DNA from: Streptosporangiales bacterium
Lineage (GTDB): Bacteria > Actinomycetota > Actinomycetes > Streptosporangiales > WHST01
Length of the DNA stretch: 64,000 nucleotides
NCBI GenBank assembly: GCA_009379955.1
Contig: WHST01000006.1
Coordinates: forward strand, 3,163 to 67,162
Direction of reading: 5' to 3'
The first letter of the stretch is position 1. The number at the start of each line of letters is the position of its first letter. Shown here in pieces: positions 1 to 10,384 of this stretch. Both the position numbers and the translations under genes were made by a program. The notes under the pieces were generated by a model. The model was given only the letters and a program-made list of their open reading frames with translations. It ran no database searches and was not told where the DNA came from.

Positions 1-1793
1 GCGTACGCGACGACGAGCGGTGGCGATGCGAGGAAGTTCATCTTGCAGTCGGGGTTGATGCGGCCCTCGAAGTTCCGGTTGCCCGACAGCACCGACGCGA
101 CCGCGAGGTCGCCGTCGTTGACCGCCTGGCTGATCTCGTCCTGCAGCGGACCGGAGTTGCCGATGCACGTCGTGCAGCCGTAGCCGACGAGGTTGAAGCC
201 GAGCTTGTCGAGGTACGGCGTGAGGCCCGCACGGTCGTAGTAGTCCATGACGACCTTCGACCCGGGTGCCAGTGTCGTCTTGACCCACGGCTTGCGGGAG
301 AGGCCGTACTCGACGGCCTTCTTCGCGATCAGGGCGGCCGACACCATCACCTGCGGGTTCGAGGTGTTGGTGCACGAGGTGATGGCGGCGATGACCACGG
401 CTCCGTGGTCGAGCTCGAACTCCCCGCCGTCGTCCAGGCGCACCCGCACAGGGTTGCTCGGGCGGCCGTCGGCGGTCGCCGCGGCCGAGACGGTCTCGCG
501 CGGTGCGCCCTTGCCGTTCTCGTGCTCGGCGTGCGCGGTCGGGTCGGACGCGGGGAACGTCTCCTCCACCGCCTCGTCGACCGCGGACTGCGCCGGCCCG
601 TTGGTGACGGAGCCGTCGGTGTAGTCGGTCAGCACGTTGCGGAAGGTCGCCTTCGCGTCGGACAGCGAGATGCGGTCCTGCGGACGCTTCGGGCCGGCGA
701 TGCTCGGCACCACGGAGCCGAGGTCGAGCTCCAGGGTCTCGGAGAACCTGGGTGTGCGGTCGGGCCGGTGCCAGATGCCCTGCTCCTTGGCGTACGCCTC
801 GACGAGGGCGAGCTGCTCGGCGGATCGGCCGGTGAGCCTGAGGTACTCGATGGTCTCCTGGTCGATCGGGAAGATCGCGCAGGTGGAGCCGTACTCGGGG
901 CTCATGTTGCCGATCGTGGCGCGGTTGGCGAGCGGGACGTTGCCGACGCCGGGACCGTAGAACTCCACGAACTTGCCGACCACGCCGTGGCGGCGCAGCA
1001 TCTCGGTGATCGTGAGGACGAGGTCGGTCGCCGTCGCGCCCTCGGGCAGCTCACCGGTGAGCTTGAAGCCGACGACACGCGGGATCAGCATGCTGACCGG
1101 CTGGCCGAGCATCGCGGCCTCGGCCTCGATACCGCCGACACCCCAGCCGAGCACGCCGAGGCCGTTGACCATCGTGGTGTGGGAGTCGGTGCCGACGAGG
1201 GTGTCGGGGTACGCGACGCCGTCGCGCTCGAACACCACGCGGGCGAGGTACTCGATGTTGACCTGGTGCACGATGCCGGTGTTCGGGGGCACGACGCGGA
1301 AGTTGTCGAACGCCTGCTGGCCCCACTTGAGGAACTGGTAGCGCTCCTCGTTGCGCTCGAACTCCAGCGCGATGTTGCGGTCGATCGCGTCGTGCACGCC
1401 GAAGAAGTCGGCGACGACGGAGTGGTCGATCACCAGTTCCACGGGAGCGAGCGGGTTGATCCTGGCCGGGTCGCCGCCGAGCTCGGTCATCGCCTGGCGC
1501 ATGGCCGCCAGGTCGACGATCGCGGGCACTCCGGTGAAGTCCTGCAGCAGCACCCGGGCGGGGGTGTACTGGATCTCGCGACTCGGCGTGCTCGCCGGGT
1601 CCCAGGCGGCGAGCGCCGCGATGTCGTCCGCGGTGACGTTGGCCCCGTCCTCGGTGCGCAGCAGGTTCTCGAGCAGGACCTTGAGGCTGTACGGGAGGTC
1701 GTCCGCCCCCGACACGGCGTCGAGGCGGTAGATCTCGAGGTCGCGCTCACCTACTCGAAGCGTGCTCCGGGCCCCGTAGCTGTTGACCGCCAT
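1..1793 (-). CDS. acnA: aconitate hydratase (aconitase A), N-terminal ~597 codons; 3' end lies beyond the left window edge
   Basis: Absent from the ORF track because it has no stop inside the window. My own minus-strand translation from ATG (complement of 1793-1791) reads [27 protein letters not shown]...[19 protein letters not shown]...[27 protein letters not shown]...[12 protein letters not shown]...[14 protein letters not shown]...[10 protein letters not shown] with no stop down to base 1. These are classic aconitase Fe-S/substrate motifs. Plus-strand ORF 405..1937 is its antisense shadow. Confidence 0.92.
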   Translation of the reverse strand, partial: MAVNSYGARSTLRVGERDLEIYRLDAVSGADDLPYSLKVLLENLLRTEDGANVTADDIAALAAWDPASTPSREIQYTPARVLLQDFTGVPAIVDLAAMRQAMTELGGDPARINPLAPVELVIDHSVVADFFGVHDAIDRNIALEFERNEERYQFLKWGQQAFDNFRVVPPNTGIVHQVNIEYLARVVFERDGVAYPDTLVGTDSHTTMVNGLGVLGWGVGGIEAEAAMLGQPVSMLIPRVVGFKLTGELPEGATATDLVLTITEMLRRHGVVGKFVEFYGPGVGNVPLANRATIGNMSPEYGSTCAIFPIDQETIEYLRLTGRSAEQLALVEAYAKEQGIWHRPDRTPRFSETLELDLGSVVPSIAGPKRPQDRISLSDAKATFRNVLTDYTDGSVTNGPAQSAVDEAVEETFPASDPTAHAEHENGKGAPRETVSAAATADGRPSNPVRVRLDDGGEFELDHGAVVIAAITSCTNTSNPQVMVSAALIAKKAVEYGLSRKPWVKTTLAPGSKVVMDYYDRAGLTPYLDKLGFNLVGYGCTTCIGNSGPLQDEISQAVNDGDLAVASVLSGNRNFEGRINPDCKMNFLASPPLVVAY

Positions 1794-1976
1794 GTCGTGC
1801 ACCAACCCTCTCGGCCTCGAGTCCTGTGCTCCCCGCCAGGGTCGTACCCGGCGGGAGCACCCGGCAAACTTGTCTCGACATCAAGATACCAGCGCGGGTC
1901 GGGTGTCCGTGCGCGCGGGGGTGCGGGTTGTCGATAGTCTCCTGATCGCAGACCCTGTGAGGACGTGGGAGAGCCG

Positions 1977-2525
1977 ATGACTCCGAAGAAGGCCCCGGGC
2001 ACGACGGGACACAGCTTCCTGCCGGCCCCGCGAGTCCTCGCCCTCATCATGGGCGTGTCGCTGCTCGTGCTCGGCATCGCCGGCCTCGCGTTCCACCAGC
2101 TCGACCTGCCCGGATGGATCCTCGGCGAGCACATCGGCATCGACGTGTTCCACCTCGTGATGGCCGTGCTCGCCATCGGCGCCGCCCGGTCACCGCGCTC
2201 CGCCAAGGGCTTCGGCGGCTTCGCCCTCGTCGTGTTCATCGTCGCCGCGGTCGTCGCCGCGGCCGCCCCGATGCTCGCGCACGAGGAGCAGGCCGTGGCG
2301 GGCCTGCCGACCTGGCTCACCGAGAACACGATCGGCTTCTCCGGGGTCAACTACATCGTCTTCTTCCTGATGGCGCTGTGGGGACTCCTGCTCGCACTGA
2401 CCTCCGTCGACGTCGACCCCTGGGGCAGCGGCGACGCTCACGCCTCGCTGCGCGCCATGCCCGACCGGGAGATCCTCATCGAGTCCGACCGGCGCGCCGT
2501 CGGCCAGGCCGCGTCGGCCGACTAG
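1977..2525 (+). CDS. small integral membrane protein (DUF4383-like; family name from memory only)
   Basis: ORF 1965..2525. The internal ATG at 1977 is preceded by GGAGAG. It has about 4 hydrophobic helices and GC3-rich codons. Confidence 0.55.
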   Translation: MTPKKAPGTTGHSFLPAPRVLALIMGVSLLVLGIAGLAFHQLDLPGWILGEHIGIDVFHLVMAVLAIGAARSPRSAKGFGGFALVVFIVAAVVAAAAPMLAHEEQAVAGLPTWLTENTIGFSGVNYIVFFLMALWGLLLALTSVDVDPWGSGDAHASLRAMPDREILIESDRRAVGQAASAD

Positions 2526-2545
2526 CCGCACCAGCCCGGGGCGCT

Positions 2546-2606
2546 CCCTGCTGATCACGTCAACGTGATCAGCAGGGGCTTCACCTCGTGCAGGGACGAG
2601 GTGAAG
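2546..2606. terminator. two adjacent GC-rich hairpins between convergent genes
   Basis: CCCTGCTGATCACG-tcaa-CGTGATCAGCAGGG (2546-2577, perfect 14-bp stem) and CTTCACCTCGT-gcaggg-ACGAGGTGAAG (2579-2606, perfect 11-bp stem). Confidence 0.55.
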
Positions 2607-2645
2607 TCCACGTCCGTGAGGTGAAGCGCTGCCCACACCGACGTG

Positions 2646-3818
2646 TCAGCTCGGCTCCAGCAGGGCGACGCATTCGACGTGGTGGGTCATCGGGAACAGG
2701 TCGAACGCGCGCAGTCCGGTCAGCCGCCAGCCGCGGTCCTGGTAGTACCGCACGTCCCTGGCGAGGGCGGCCGGATCGCAGGCCACGTACGCGACTCGCC
2801 TGGTCTCGATGCGCGCGAGGAGGTCCACCACGGCCCGCCCCGCACCCCGCCGCGGCGGGTCGAGCACGACGAGGTCGGCGCGTCGCAGCCGGAGTCGCCG
2901 CAGCACCTGCTCGACGTCCCCCGCGCGCACCGTCACCGTCGGCACGTCGGCGAGGTTGGCCCGAGCGTCGCGGACGGCGGCACGGCCCGACTCCACCGCG
3001 GTGACCCGGCCGCCGGGTCCGAGGCGTGCCGCGAGAGCGCCGGCGAACAGGCCGACCCCCGCGTACAGGTCGAGCGCGGACTCTCCGTCACGCGGGTCGA
3101 GCGCGGCGAGCACCGCGTCGACGAGGACGTCGGAGGCGCCGGGGTGCACCTGCCAGAAGCCGGTCCCCGTCACCTGCCAGGTACGGCCCGCCGCCTGCTC
3201 GTGCACGAGATCGCGCGGCGCCGGGCCCGGCGTCGGACGGACGACCGACTCCCCCGACGTCGCCGACGCCGCGACCTCGACCTGCCGGACACCCGGCCAC
3301 GAGCGACCCTCGACGCCGAGGGCCTCGACCGCGGGGTGGGCGATGACGCAGCGGTCGACCGGCACCACGTCGTGCGACCGGTGCGCGAGAAAACCGGCGT
3401 GTCCCATGTGGTCGACACCGAACGTCACCCGCGTGCGCCAGCCGAGGCCGTCTGGTGCGCCCGGCACCTCCTCGACCTCGACCGGCAGCTCGACGCCGGC
3501 GAGCCTGCGCAGCTGCTCCTCGACGACCGCGGCCTTGAGCGCGCGCTGCTCGGCGGGCGTCACGTGCTGCCAGTCGCAGCCGCCGCACCGTCGTGCGTAC
3601 GCACACGGCGGCTCGACCCGGTCGGGAGACGCGGCGAGCACCTCGACGCAGTCCGCGCGCAGGAAGGCCTTACGCCGGTCCGTGACCCGCGCCCGGACAC
3701 GTTCCCCGGGCAGCGCGTGCCTGACGAACACGACCATGCCGTCATGCCTGGCGACGCACCAACCGCCGTGCGCGACGGTGTCGACCGCCAGCTCGAGGAC
3801 GTCACCGACCTCACTCAC
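2646..3818 (-). CDS. TRAM-domain class I SAM-dependent RNA (uracil-5) methyltransferase, RumA/RlmD-like
   Basis: 390-aa ORF. It has an N-terminal TRAM-like segment (GDVLELAVDTVAHGGWCVARHDG), a Cys cluster (CAYARRCGGCDWQH), a SAM motif (LDLYAGVGLFAG) and a C-terminal AYVACDPAALARD. The GTG start overlaps the upstream permease stop by 8 nt. Confidence 0.85.
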   Translation of the reverse strand: MSEVGDVLELAVDTVAHGGWCVARHDGMVVFVRHALPGERVRARVTDRRKAFLRADCVEVLAASPDRVEPPCAYARRCGGCDWQHVTPAEQRALKAAVVEEQLRRLAGVELPVEVEEVPGAPDGLGWRTRVTFGVDHMGHAGFLAHRSHDVVPVDRCVIAHPAVEALGVEGRSWPGVRQVEVAASATSGESVVRPTPGPAPRDLVHEQAAGRTWQVTGTGFWQVHPGASDVLVDAVLAALDPRDGESALDLYAGVGLFAGALAARLGPGGRVTAVESGRAAVRDARANLADVPTVTVRAGDVEQVLRRLRLRRADLVVLDPPRRGAGRAVVDLLARIETRRVAYVACDPAALARDVRYYQDRGWRLTGLRAFDLFPMTHHVECVALLEPS

Positions 3819-5859
3819 GGGTGTCCGCAGGATGATGCTCCGTCGCCGCGAGCTCGGCCTCGCGCTCGAGGCGACCGACGATGCGGTGGGACGAGCTGAG
3901 CTGCCACGGCACGTTGGTGACCATGATGCCGGGCTCGAACAGCAGTCGCGCCTTCAGCCGCAGCGCGCTCTGGTTGTGCAGCACCTGCTCCCACCAGTGA
4001 CCCACGACGTACTCGGGCAGGAACACCGTGACGACGTCGCGCGGGCTGGACCGCCTGATCGTCCTGAGGTAGTCGACGAACGGACGCGTCATCTCGCGGT
4101 AGGGGGAGTCGAGCACCTTGAGCCGCACCGGCAGGCCGAGCCGGTCCCACTCCTCCTGCAACCGCCGGGTCTCCTCGGGGTCGACCTGGACCGACACGGC
4201 CTCGAGGACGTCCGGCCGCGTCGCGCGGGCGTACGACACGGCGCGCAGCGCGGGACGGTGGATGCGCGAGACCAGCACGATCGCGTGGACCCGCGAGGGC
4301 AGCGTCGTGTCCTCGTCCTCGTCGGGAGTCAGCTCCGCATTGACCCGCCCGTAGTGCCGTTGGATGCCGCTCATCAGCAGGTACAGCACGAACATCGCGG
4401 CGATCGCGATCCACGCGCCGTGGGTGAACTTGGTGACCAGCACGATCACCAGGACCGTGCCGGTCATGCACAGGCCGAACGCGTTGATCGCCCGCGACCG
4501 CTGCATGCGCCGCCGGACGTCCGGCGACCGTTCGGTGCGTAGCAGCCGGGTCCAGTGCCGCACCATGCCGGTCTGGCTCACCGTGAACGACACGAACACC
4601 CCGACGATGTACAGCTGGATGAGCCGGGTCACCTCGGCGTCGAACGCGACGATCAGGACGATCGCGGCGCCGGCGAGGAGCACGATGCCGTTGCTGAACG
4701 CGAGCCTGTCACCCCTGGTGTGCAGCTGCTTGGGCAGGTATCCGTCGCGCGCCAGGATCGAGCCCAGCACCGGGAACCCGCTGAACGCGGTGTTCGCGGC
4801 GAGGATCAGGATCACGCCCGTGGCGGCGATGAGGAAGTAGAAGCCCGGCGGGAAGTTGTCGAACACGGCATGGCCGAGTTGCCCCATCACGGTGGTCTGG
4901 GTGTAGCCGTCGCCCACCGGCTCTCCGCCGAGCAGCAGTTTGTGTGCGGCGTCTTCGGGGTCCACGTACCGGAGGTTGGTGAGGTTGGCGAGGCCGAGGA
5001 TGCCCATCTCCATCGTGACGGCGATGACACCCATCAGCAGCAGCGTGGTCGCCGCGTTGCGGCTCTTCGGCTTGCGAAAGGCAGGCACACCGTTGCTGAT
5101 CGCCTCGACGCCGGTCAGGGCCGCCGACCCCGACGAGAAGGTGCGCAGGATCAGGAAGACGGCGGCGAGGCCCGTGAAGCCCTCGACGAACCCCGGATCG
5201 GGCGCCACGGTGAACCTGGCGCTCTCGGCCTGCGGCAGGTCACCCAGGAGATACCGGCCGAACCCCCACGCGATCATGCCCATGACCGCGGTGACGAAGA
5301 GGTACGTCGGGACGGCGAACGCCGTTCCCGCCTCCTTGATGCCCCGCAGGTTCATCGCCATGAGCAGCACGACGAGCCCGACGGCCACCCATGTCTCGTG
5401 ACCGCGTATGAACGGCATCGCCGCGGCCGCGTTCTGCACACCGGAGGAGATCGACACCGCGACCGTCAGGACGTAGTCGACCAGCAGCGCACTGGCGACG
5501 ACCTTCCCGAACCGGTTACCGAGGTTCGTCCCCGCGACCTCGTAGTCGCCGCCGCCGCTCGGGTACGCGTGCACGTTCTGCCGGTACGACGCGACGACCG
5601 TGAACATGACGACGACGACCGCGAGGCCGACCTTCCAGGAGTACGAGTAGGCGGTCAGCCCGGCGATCGAGAGCATGATGAAGATCTCGTCCGGGGCGTA
5701 GGCAACCGACGAGAGTGGGTCGCTCGCGAACACCGGAAGTGCGATGCGCTTCGACAGGAGGGTCTCGTGTAGCTGCTCGGAGCGGCGTGGTCGACCGACC
5801 ACCAGCCTCTTCAGGGCATGGACAGCGCTGGGCACAACACCCCAGGCTAGCGGTACCAC
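3811..5859 (-). CDS. APC-superfamily permease with long cytoplasmic C-terminal domain
   Basis: 682-aa ORF with about 12 hydrophobic helices, then a ~230-aa soluble tail. It is divergent from the trkA pair, as is typical in actinobacteria. Confidence 0.8.
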   Translation of the reverse strand: MVPLAWGVVPSAVHALKRLVVGRPRRSEQLHETLLSKRIALPVFASDPLSSVAYAPDEIFIMLSIAGLTAYSYSWKVGLAVVVVMFTVVASYRQNVHAYPSGGGDYEVAGTNLGNRFGKVVASALLVDYVLTVAVSISSGVQNAAAAMPFIRGHETWVAVGLVVLLMAMNLRGIKEAGTAFAVPTYLFVTAVMGMIAWGFGRYLLGDLPQAESARFTVAPDPGFVEGFTGLAAVFLILRTFSSGSAALTGVEAISNGVPAFRKPKSRNAATTLLLMGVIAVTMEMGILGLANLTNLRYVDPEDAAHKLLLGGEPVGDGYTQTTVMGQLGHAVFDNFPPGFYFLIAATGVILILAANTAFSGFPVLGSILARDGYLPKQLHTRGDRLAFSNGIVLLAGAAIVLIVAFDAEVTRLIQLYIVGVFVSFTVSQTGMVRHWTRLLRTERSPDVRRRMQRSRAINAFGLCMTGTVLVIVLVTKFTHGAWIAIAAMFVLYLLMSGIQRHYGRVNAELTPDEDEDTTLPSRVHAIVLVSRIHRPALRAVSYARATRPDVLEAVSVQVDPEETRRLQEEWDRLGLPVRLKVLDSPYREMTRPFVDYLRTIRRSSPRDVVTVFLPEYVVGHWWEQVLHNQSALRLKARLLFEPGIMVTNVPWQLSSSHRIVGRLEREAELAATEHHPADTRE

Positions 5860-5924
5860 CGGAGGCCGCTCGGGCGGCCGAGCGTGTAGCGTCTGGAGCC
5901 AGCACCGGAGGCGAAGGGACAGTC

Positions 5925-6590
5925 GTGCACTGCGTCATCCTCGGCTGCGGCCGCGTGGGTTCCTTGCTCGCCCAGACCCTCGAGCAACGTGGTCACTCGG
6001 TGGCCATCATCGACATGAACACCACCGCGTTCCGCCGGTTGGGCAGCCATTTCGAGGGCAAGCGAGTGGAGGGGTACGGCTTCGACCGCCACGTCCTGGT
6101 GGAGGCCGGGATCGAGCAGGCACATGCCTTCGCGGCCGTGAGCAGCGGCGACAACTCGAACATCATCACCGCCAGGATCGCGCGCGAGACCTTCAACGTC
6201 GAGAACGTCGTCGCCCGCATCTACGACCCCCGCCGCGCCGAGGTGTACCAGCGGCTCGGCATCCCCACCGTCGCCACGGTGCAGTGGACCACCGACCGCA
6301 TCCTGCGCCGGCTCGTACCGGAGGGCAACGAGCCCGAGTGGCAGGAGGCTCACGGCCACGTGGTCATGGTCGAGATCCCCGTCCACCCCGGCTGGGTCGG
6401 CTCGACCGTGGCCTCGCTCGAGGACACCGTCGGCTGCCGCGTCGCGTGCATCAGCAGGATGGGCGAGGCCGTGGTGCCGACGGGCGGGACCACTATCCAG
6501 GAGGACGACATGGTGCACGCGGTCGTGGCCGGCACGGCTCAGGCCGACGTCACGGGTGCTCTCGGCAAGCCGCCGGCGGGAGGCGAGTGA
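5925..6590 (+). CDS. trkA: TrkA-family K+ uptake NAD-binding protein (first of pair)
   Basis: In-frame part of ORF 5715..6590. GTG at 5925 follows GAAGGG. Rossmann motif ILGCGRVGS and a C-terminal TrkA-C segment are present. Confidence 0.85.
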   Translation: MHCVILGCGRVGSLLAQTLEQRGHSVAIIDMNTTAFRRLGSHFEGKRVEGYGFDRHVLVEAGIEQAHAFAAVSSGDNSNIITARIARETFNVENVVARIYDPRRAEVYQRLGIPTVATVQWTTDRILRRLVPEGNEPEWQEAHGHVVMVEIPVHPGWVGSTVASLEDTVGCRVACISRMGEAVVPTGGTTIQEDDMVHAVVAGTAQADVTGALGKPPAGGE

Positions 6591-6592
6591 GC

Positions 6593-7261
6593 ATGCGGGT
6601 CGCGATCGCCGGAGCGGGAGCCGTCGGCAGGTCGATCGCCACGGAGCTGCTCGAGAACGGCCACGAGGTCCTGCTCATCGACAAGGACCCCCGCGCCATC
6701 CGGGTCGACTCGGTCCCCCGCGCCGAGTGGCTGCTGGCGGACGCCTGCGAGATCTCCTCGCTCGACGAGGCTGCCTTCAACCGGTGCCACGTGGTCGTCG
6801 CCGCGAGCGGAGACGACAAGGTCAACCTCGTCGTCTCCCTCCTCGCACGCACCGAGTTCGGCGTGCCCCGCACGGTCGCGCGGGTCAACCACCCCGACAA
6901 CGAGTGGCTCTTCAACGACTCCTGGGGTGTCGACGTCGCGGTCTCCACGCCCCGCATGCTCTGCGCCCTCGTCGAGGAGGCCGTGTCGGTCGGCGACCTC
7001 GTCCGGCTGATGACCTTCCGGCAGAGCAACGCCAACCTCGTCGAGACCACCCTCGCCGAGAGCTCCGGCCTGGTCGGCGAGAAGGTCAGCACCGTCGACT
7101 GGCCGTCCGACACCGCCCTGGTCGCCATCCTCCGTGGCGGACGCGTGCTCGTCCCGAGCGGGGACGACACGCTCGAAGCCGGTGACGAGCTGCTGCTCGT
7201 GACGACGGAGGAGGTCGAGGAGCAGCTCGACGAGCTCCTCCACCGCAACCAGCGCGACTAG
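6593..7261 (+). CDS. trkA: TrkA-family K+ uptake NAD-binding protein (second of pair)
   Basis: ATG at 6593, 2 nt after the previous stop. Sequence reads MRVAIAGAGAVGRSIA... and a TrkA-C segment is present. Confidence 0.85.
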   Translation: MRVAIAGAGAVGRSIATELLENGHEVLLIDKDPRAIRVDSVPRAEWLLADACEISSLDEAAFNRCHVVVAASGDDKVNLVVSLLARTEFGVPRTVARVNHPDNEWLFNDSWGVDVAVSTPRMLCALVEEAVSVGDLVRLMTFRQSNANLVETTLAESSGLVGEKVSTVDWPSDTALVAILRGGRVLVPSGDDTLEAGDELLLVTTEEVEEQLDELLHRNQRD

Positions 7262-7272
7262 CGTCCTGGGCG

Positions 7273-7989
7273 CTAGGAGGCGGTCGCCGGGGGGACGACC
7301 GGCGGAACGCGCCTGATCAGCATCCAGGTGAGCCACGCGACCACCGCGAACACCGGCCAGCCGAGTGCGACGCCGGCGACGCCGAGGGCGACGGTCTGGT
7401 CGAGCAGGAACAGCGGCAGCATCACGCCGAGGCGCAGCACGAACATGGCCGCCCAGACGAGGGTGGCCTGGGCGTAGACACGCCGCCGCGCCGGGTGCTG
7501 CCGCCAGGCGAAGTTCTCCTTCAACAGCGGGCCGATCAGGACCCCGAGCAACGGCCACTTGACCAGCACCGAGGCGCCGTACAGGACGGCGAAGCCGAGG
7601 TTCTTGAGGATGCTGGGCAGGAAGTAGTTCGTCGCGTCGCCCGTGCTCGCCGCGAACAGACCGGCGATCAGGACGCCGGCGAAGCCGCCTACCGCGTACT
7701 GGACGGTCTCCCTGCGCACCAGCCTGATGAGCAGCAGGACGACGCCGAGGCCCGCGGCGACGACCGCGGCGAGCCTGATCTCGTTCCAGATCGCGAAGAT
7801 GGTGACGAACGCCAGGCCGGGCACGCTGGTCTCGAGCGCGCCGCGCCCGCCACCCACGGCGTTGAGCAACGACCTGCGCTGCTGCTCCGCAGACGACGGG
7901 GAGTCGGCGTCCGGCGCGGTGTCGTCGCGCTCGTCGCCGGCGACGGCGGTCTCGGCGTCGGGCTCGCGACCCGTGTGCTGTCCGGTCAT
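7273..7989 (-). CDS. DUF3159-like membrane protein
   Basis: Internal start MTGQHTG... of ORF 7273..8250. An ATGA overlap links it to the upstream OB-fold gene. It has an acidic N-terminus followed by about 6 TM helices. Confidence 0.72.
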   Translation of the reverse strand: MTGQHTGREPDAETAVAGDERDDTAPDADSPSSAEQQRRSLLNAVGGGRGALETSVPGLAFVTIFAIWNEIRLAAVVAAGLGVVLLLIRLVRRETVQYAVGGFAGVLIAGLFAASTGDATNYFLPSILKNLGFAVLYGASVLVKWPLLGVLIGPLLKENFAWRQHPARRRVYAQATLVWAAMFVLRLGVMLPLFLLDQTVALGVAGVALGWPVFAVVAWLTWMLIRRVPPVVPPATAS

Positions 7990-8381
7990 CAGCTCGGTCG
8001 TCCCACCATCAGCTCGTATTTGGGGTTGTACATGACAAGCCGCCCGTCGGTGGTGGTCGCCACCAGGCCGTCGACCCGCAGCCGGCGCCCGGGTTCGATG
8101 CCGTGGATGCGTCGCCGGCCGAGCCAGACCACGGTCAGGACGTCCGACCCGTCGTAGAGCTCGGCCTCGAGAGACGGCGCACCGCCGCGCGGCTGCATCG
8201 TCACCGTACGCACGGTGCCCGCCACGACGTAACGGCACCTGTCCGAGCACTGGCGGACCGGGGTGGCGCCGAGCTCCTCCGTGGTCTCCTTGAGCTCCTC
8301 GGCGTCGAGCTCGGCCGTCGGGGAGAACAGGCGCCTCAGTCGTCCCGCGAACCCCGGTCGACGTGCCTCACGGCGTGACAT
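7989..8381 (-). CDS. OB-fold nucleic-acid-binding domain protein
   Basis: 130-aa ORF. Its position between DUF3710 and DUF3159 matches the conserved actinobacterial block. Confidence 0.72.
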   Translation of the reverse strand: MSRREARRPGFAGRLRRLFSPTAELDAEELKETTEELGATPVRQCSDRCRYVVAGTVRTVTMQPRGGAPSLEAELYDGSDVLTVVWLGRRRIHGIEPGRRLRVDGLVATTTDGRLVMYNPKYELMVGRPS

Positions 8382-8454
8382 CAGGCTCCCCGAGAAACGT
8401 GCAGCGGGCCCGGTGACGCATTCCTGTCACCGCGTCGAGCCCGCGTCGTCCATG

Positions 8455-9294
8455 CTACCCAGCCACGCCTGGACGGCGAGCCGCCGACTTGAACCTGTTG
8501 GTGGGCTCCTCCTCGGTGCTCGTGGAGAGACCGAGGGCCTCGCGCGCCTCGCGCGGCAGCTCCAGCGGGATCAGCTCCCTGGGCGCCATCGCCTGCTGGC
8601 CCCTGCTCACGACGCAACCGCGGAGGATGTCCTCGAGCGGCTTGGCCTGCCGCGGCTCGTCCACCGCGCGCCCGGAGAACGCCCCGCGCAGGAACCAGCG
8701 CGGCCCGTCGATCCCGACGAACCTGATGTGCTGCGTGCCCTGCTGGCCGTCAGGCCCGGTGACCGGCACCTCGGCGAGGAGCTCGCGTCCGAAGGTCCCG
8801 TCGACCACGACCACCCGGCCACCCGAGCCCTTGAGTCCCTTGATCATCTCCGTGCGCAGGTCGTCCCAGAGGCCGCCGGTCTTCGGCGCCGCGCACGCCA
8901 TGATCTCCAGCCCGCTCTCCCCGTGCAGCACGGTCGCCGCGACGACCTCGTCGTCCTCCATGCGCACCTGGATCTCGAACCCGTCGACGACCGGCACCCG
9001 GATCGCCCCGAGGTCGAGGCGCTCGACCTCGGGGAAGTCGTCGTGGATGTCCCAGGGGCCGGTCTCCGAGCTCGGCGACGCGTCCTCGTCCGCGGCGTCG
9101 TCGTCATCGTCGGAATCGTCGCGCGTCTCGCCCGCGTCGTCCTCGTCAGGCGTCGAGTCGTCGGCGTCGGCGGTGACCTCGCCGGCGTCGTCGTCCGCAG
9201 CGTCGGTGTCATCGGTCAGCTCGTCGTCGACGGGACCGTTCGCGGCTGCCTCTTCGGCACGCTCTCGCCGAGCGCGACGGCGTCGGAAGATCAC
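8455..9294 (-). CDS. DUF3710-like protein with highly acidic N-terminal region
   Basis: 279-aa ORF with a GTG start. It has a D/E-rich N-terminus followed by a conserved globular part (GPWDIHD...IRFVGIDGPRWFLRG). Confidence 0.75.
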   Translation of the reverse strand: MIFRRRRARRERAEEAAANGPVDDELTDDTDAADDDAGEVTADADDSTPDEDDAGETRDDSDDDDDAADEDASPSSETGPWDIHDDFPEVERLDLGAIRVPVVDGFEIQVRMEDDEVVAATVLHGESGLEIMACAAPKTGGLWDDLRTEMIKGLKGSGGRVVVVDGTFGRELLAEVPVTGPDGQQGTQHIRFVGIDGPRWFLRGAFSGRAVDEPRQAKPLEDILRGCVVSRGQQAMAPRELIPLELPREAREALGLSTSTEEEPTNRFKSAARRPGVAG

Positions 9295-9348
9295 GTTGCC
9301 CTTTCCGTTGGTACGGCCGTGCGGTTGGTACGGCTCGCGTGCCGCAGG

Positions 9349-9816
9349 CTATCGCGCGACCGGTGCCGCCGGATCGGTGAACCCACCCGTCGACCCGTGG
9401 CCGCCGTCGCCGCGGTCGCTCCCGGGCAACCGCTCGACCTCGTGCAGGCGGATCCGTTCCACCTGTTGGACGACGAGCTGCGCGATCCTGTCACCGCGAC
9501 GGAAGCGTGCGGTCTCGTGCCCGTCGGTGTTGATGAGCGTCACCCGGATCTCCCCACGGTAACCCGCGTCGACCGTGCCCGGTGCATTGACCAGCGTGAT
9601 CCCGAGCCTGGCGGCAAGTCCCGACCGGGGATGGACGAAGGCGGCGTAGCCGTCCGGCAGGGCCAGGGCGATCCCCGTGCCGACGGTGGCGCGCTCGCCG
9701 GGGGCGAGGGTGACGTCCTCGTTGGTGGTCAGGTCGGCACCGGCGTCGCCGGGATGCGCGTACGCGGGCAGCGGGACGTCGGGCTGGAGGCGGCGGATCA
9801 GGACGTCGACGGTCAC
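9349..9816 (-). CDS. dut: dUTP diphosphatase
   Basis: 155 aa with dUTPase motifs AGADL, GTVDAGYRGE, RGDRIAQLV and a C-terminal GGHGSTG. Confidence 0.95.
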   Translation of the reverse strand: MTVDVLIRRLQPDVPLPAYAHPGDAGADLTTNEDVTLAPGERATVGTGIALALPDGYAAFVHPRSGLAARLGITLVNAPGTVDAGYRGEIRVTLINTDGHETARFRRGDRIAQLVVQQVERIRLHEVERLPGSDRGDGGHGSTGGFTDPAAPVAR

Positions 9817-9870
9817 CGTGCCTGTCTACCCGACGCGGGACCGCACCCGCCCACCTGACACGCTGACGCG

Positions 9871-10329
9871 GTGGAGAAGGAACAGCGGGCCTTCGACGAA
9901 CGCCTGTGGGTCCCGTGGTGGTGGTGGCCGATCGCCGCGGCCGTCATCGCGGTGCTCGGCGCCGAGCTGCACCTCGGCTTCGGCCCGATGGTCGCCGTCG
10001 TCATCTACGCCGCGCTCGGCGGACTCGTCGCCTCCCTCCTGATCCGCTGGGCGGTACCGATCCGGATCGACGGCGACGTCCTGCGCGTCGGCGTCCACCG
10101 GATACCGCTCGACCACGTCACCGGCGTCCGCGTGCTCGACCGCGCCGACGCGCGACGCGTGCTCGTCGACCGACCCGACGGGTCGGCGGTGATGATCGTC
10201 CGCGGCTACGTGGCCCGCGTCGTGCACGTCACGACCGACGCCGACGGCGACCTCCCCGGCTACCTTCTCGTCTCCAGCCGCCGCGCTGACGACCTCGCGG
10301 CCGCAGTGGGTTGCCGTACCGACCGGTGA
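9871..10329 (+). CDS. DUF3093-like membrane protein
   Basis: 152-aa ORF divergent from dut. Its N-terminus reads WVPWWWWPIAAAVIAVLG (2 TM). Confidence 0.7.
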   Translation: MEKEQRAFDERLWVPWWWWPIAAAVIAVLGAELHLGFGPMVAVVIYAALGGLVASLLIRWAVPIRIDGDVLRVGVHRIPLDHVTGVRVLDRADARRVLVDRPDGSAVMIVRGYVARVVHVTTDADGDLPGYLLVSSRRADDLAAAVGCRTDR

Positions 10330-10384
10330 GGCCTCTGCCACACTGGACGGACAGCTGACTCAGACGTCGGGAGGCGACCAGCGT

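Noticed and set aside
405-1937. 510-aa plus-strand ORF (plus several shorter ones) across the first 2 kb
   Set aside because: It is Arg/Gly/Val/Asp-rich, has no motifs, and is exactly antisense to an uninterrupted frame with unmistakable aconitase motifs. It is a GC-rich shadow ORF.
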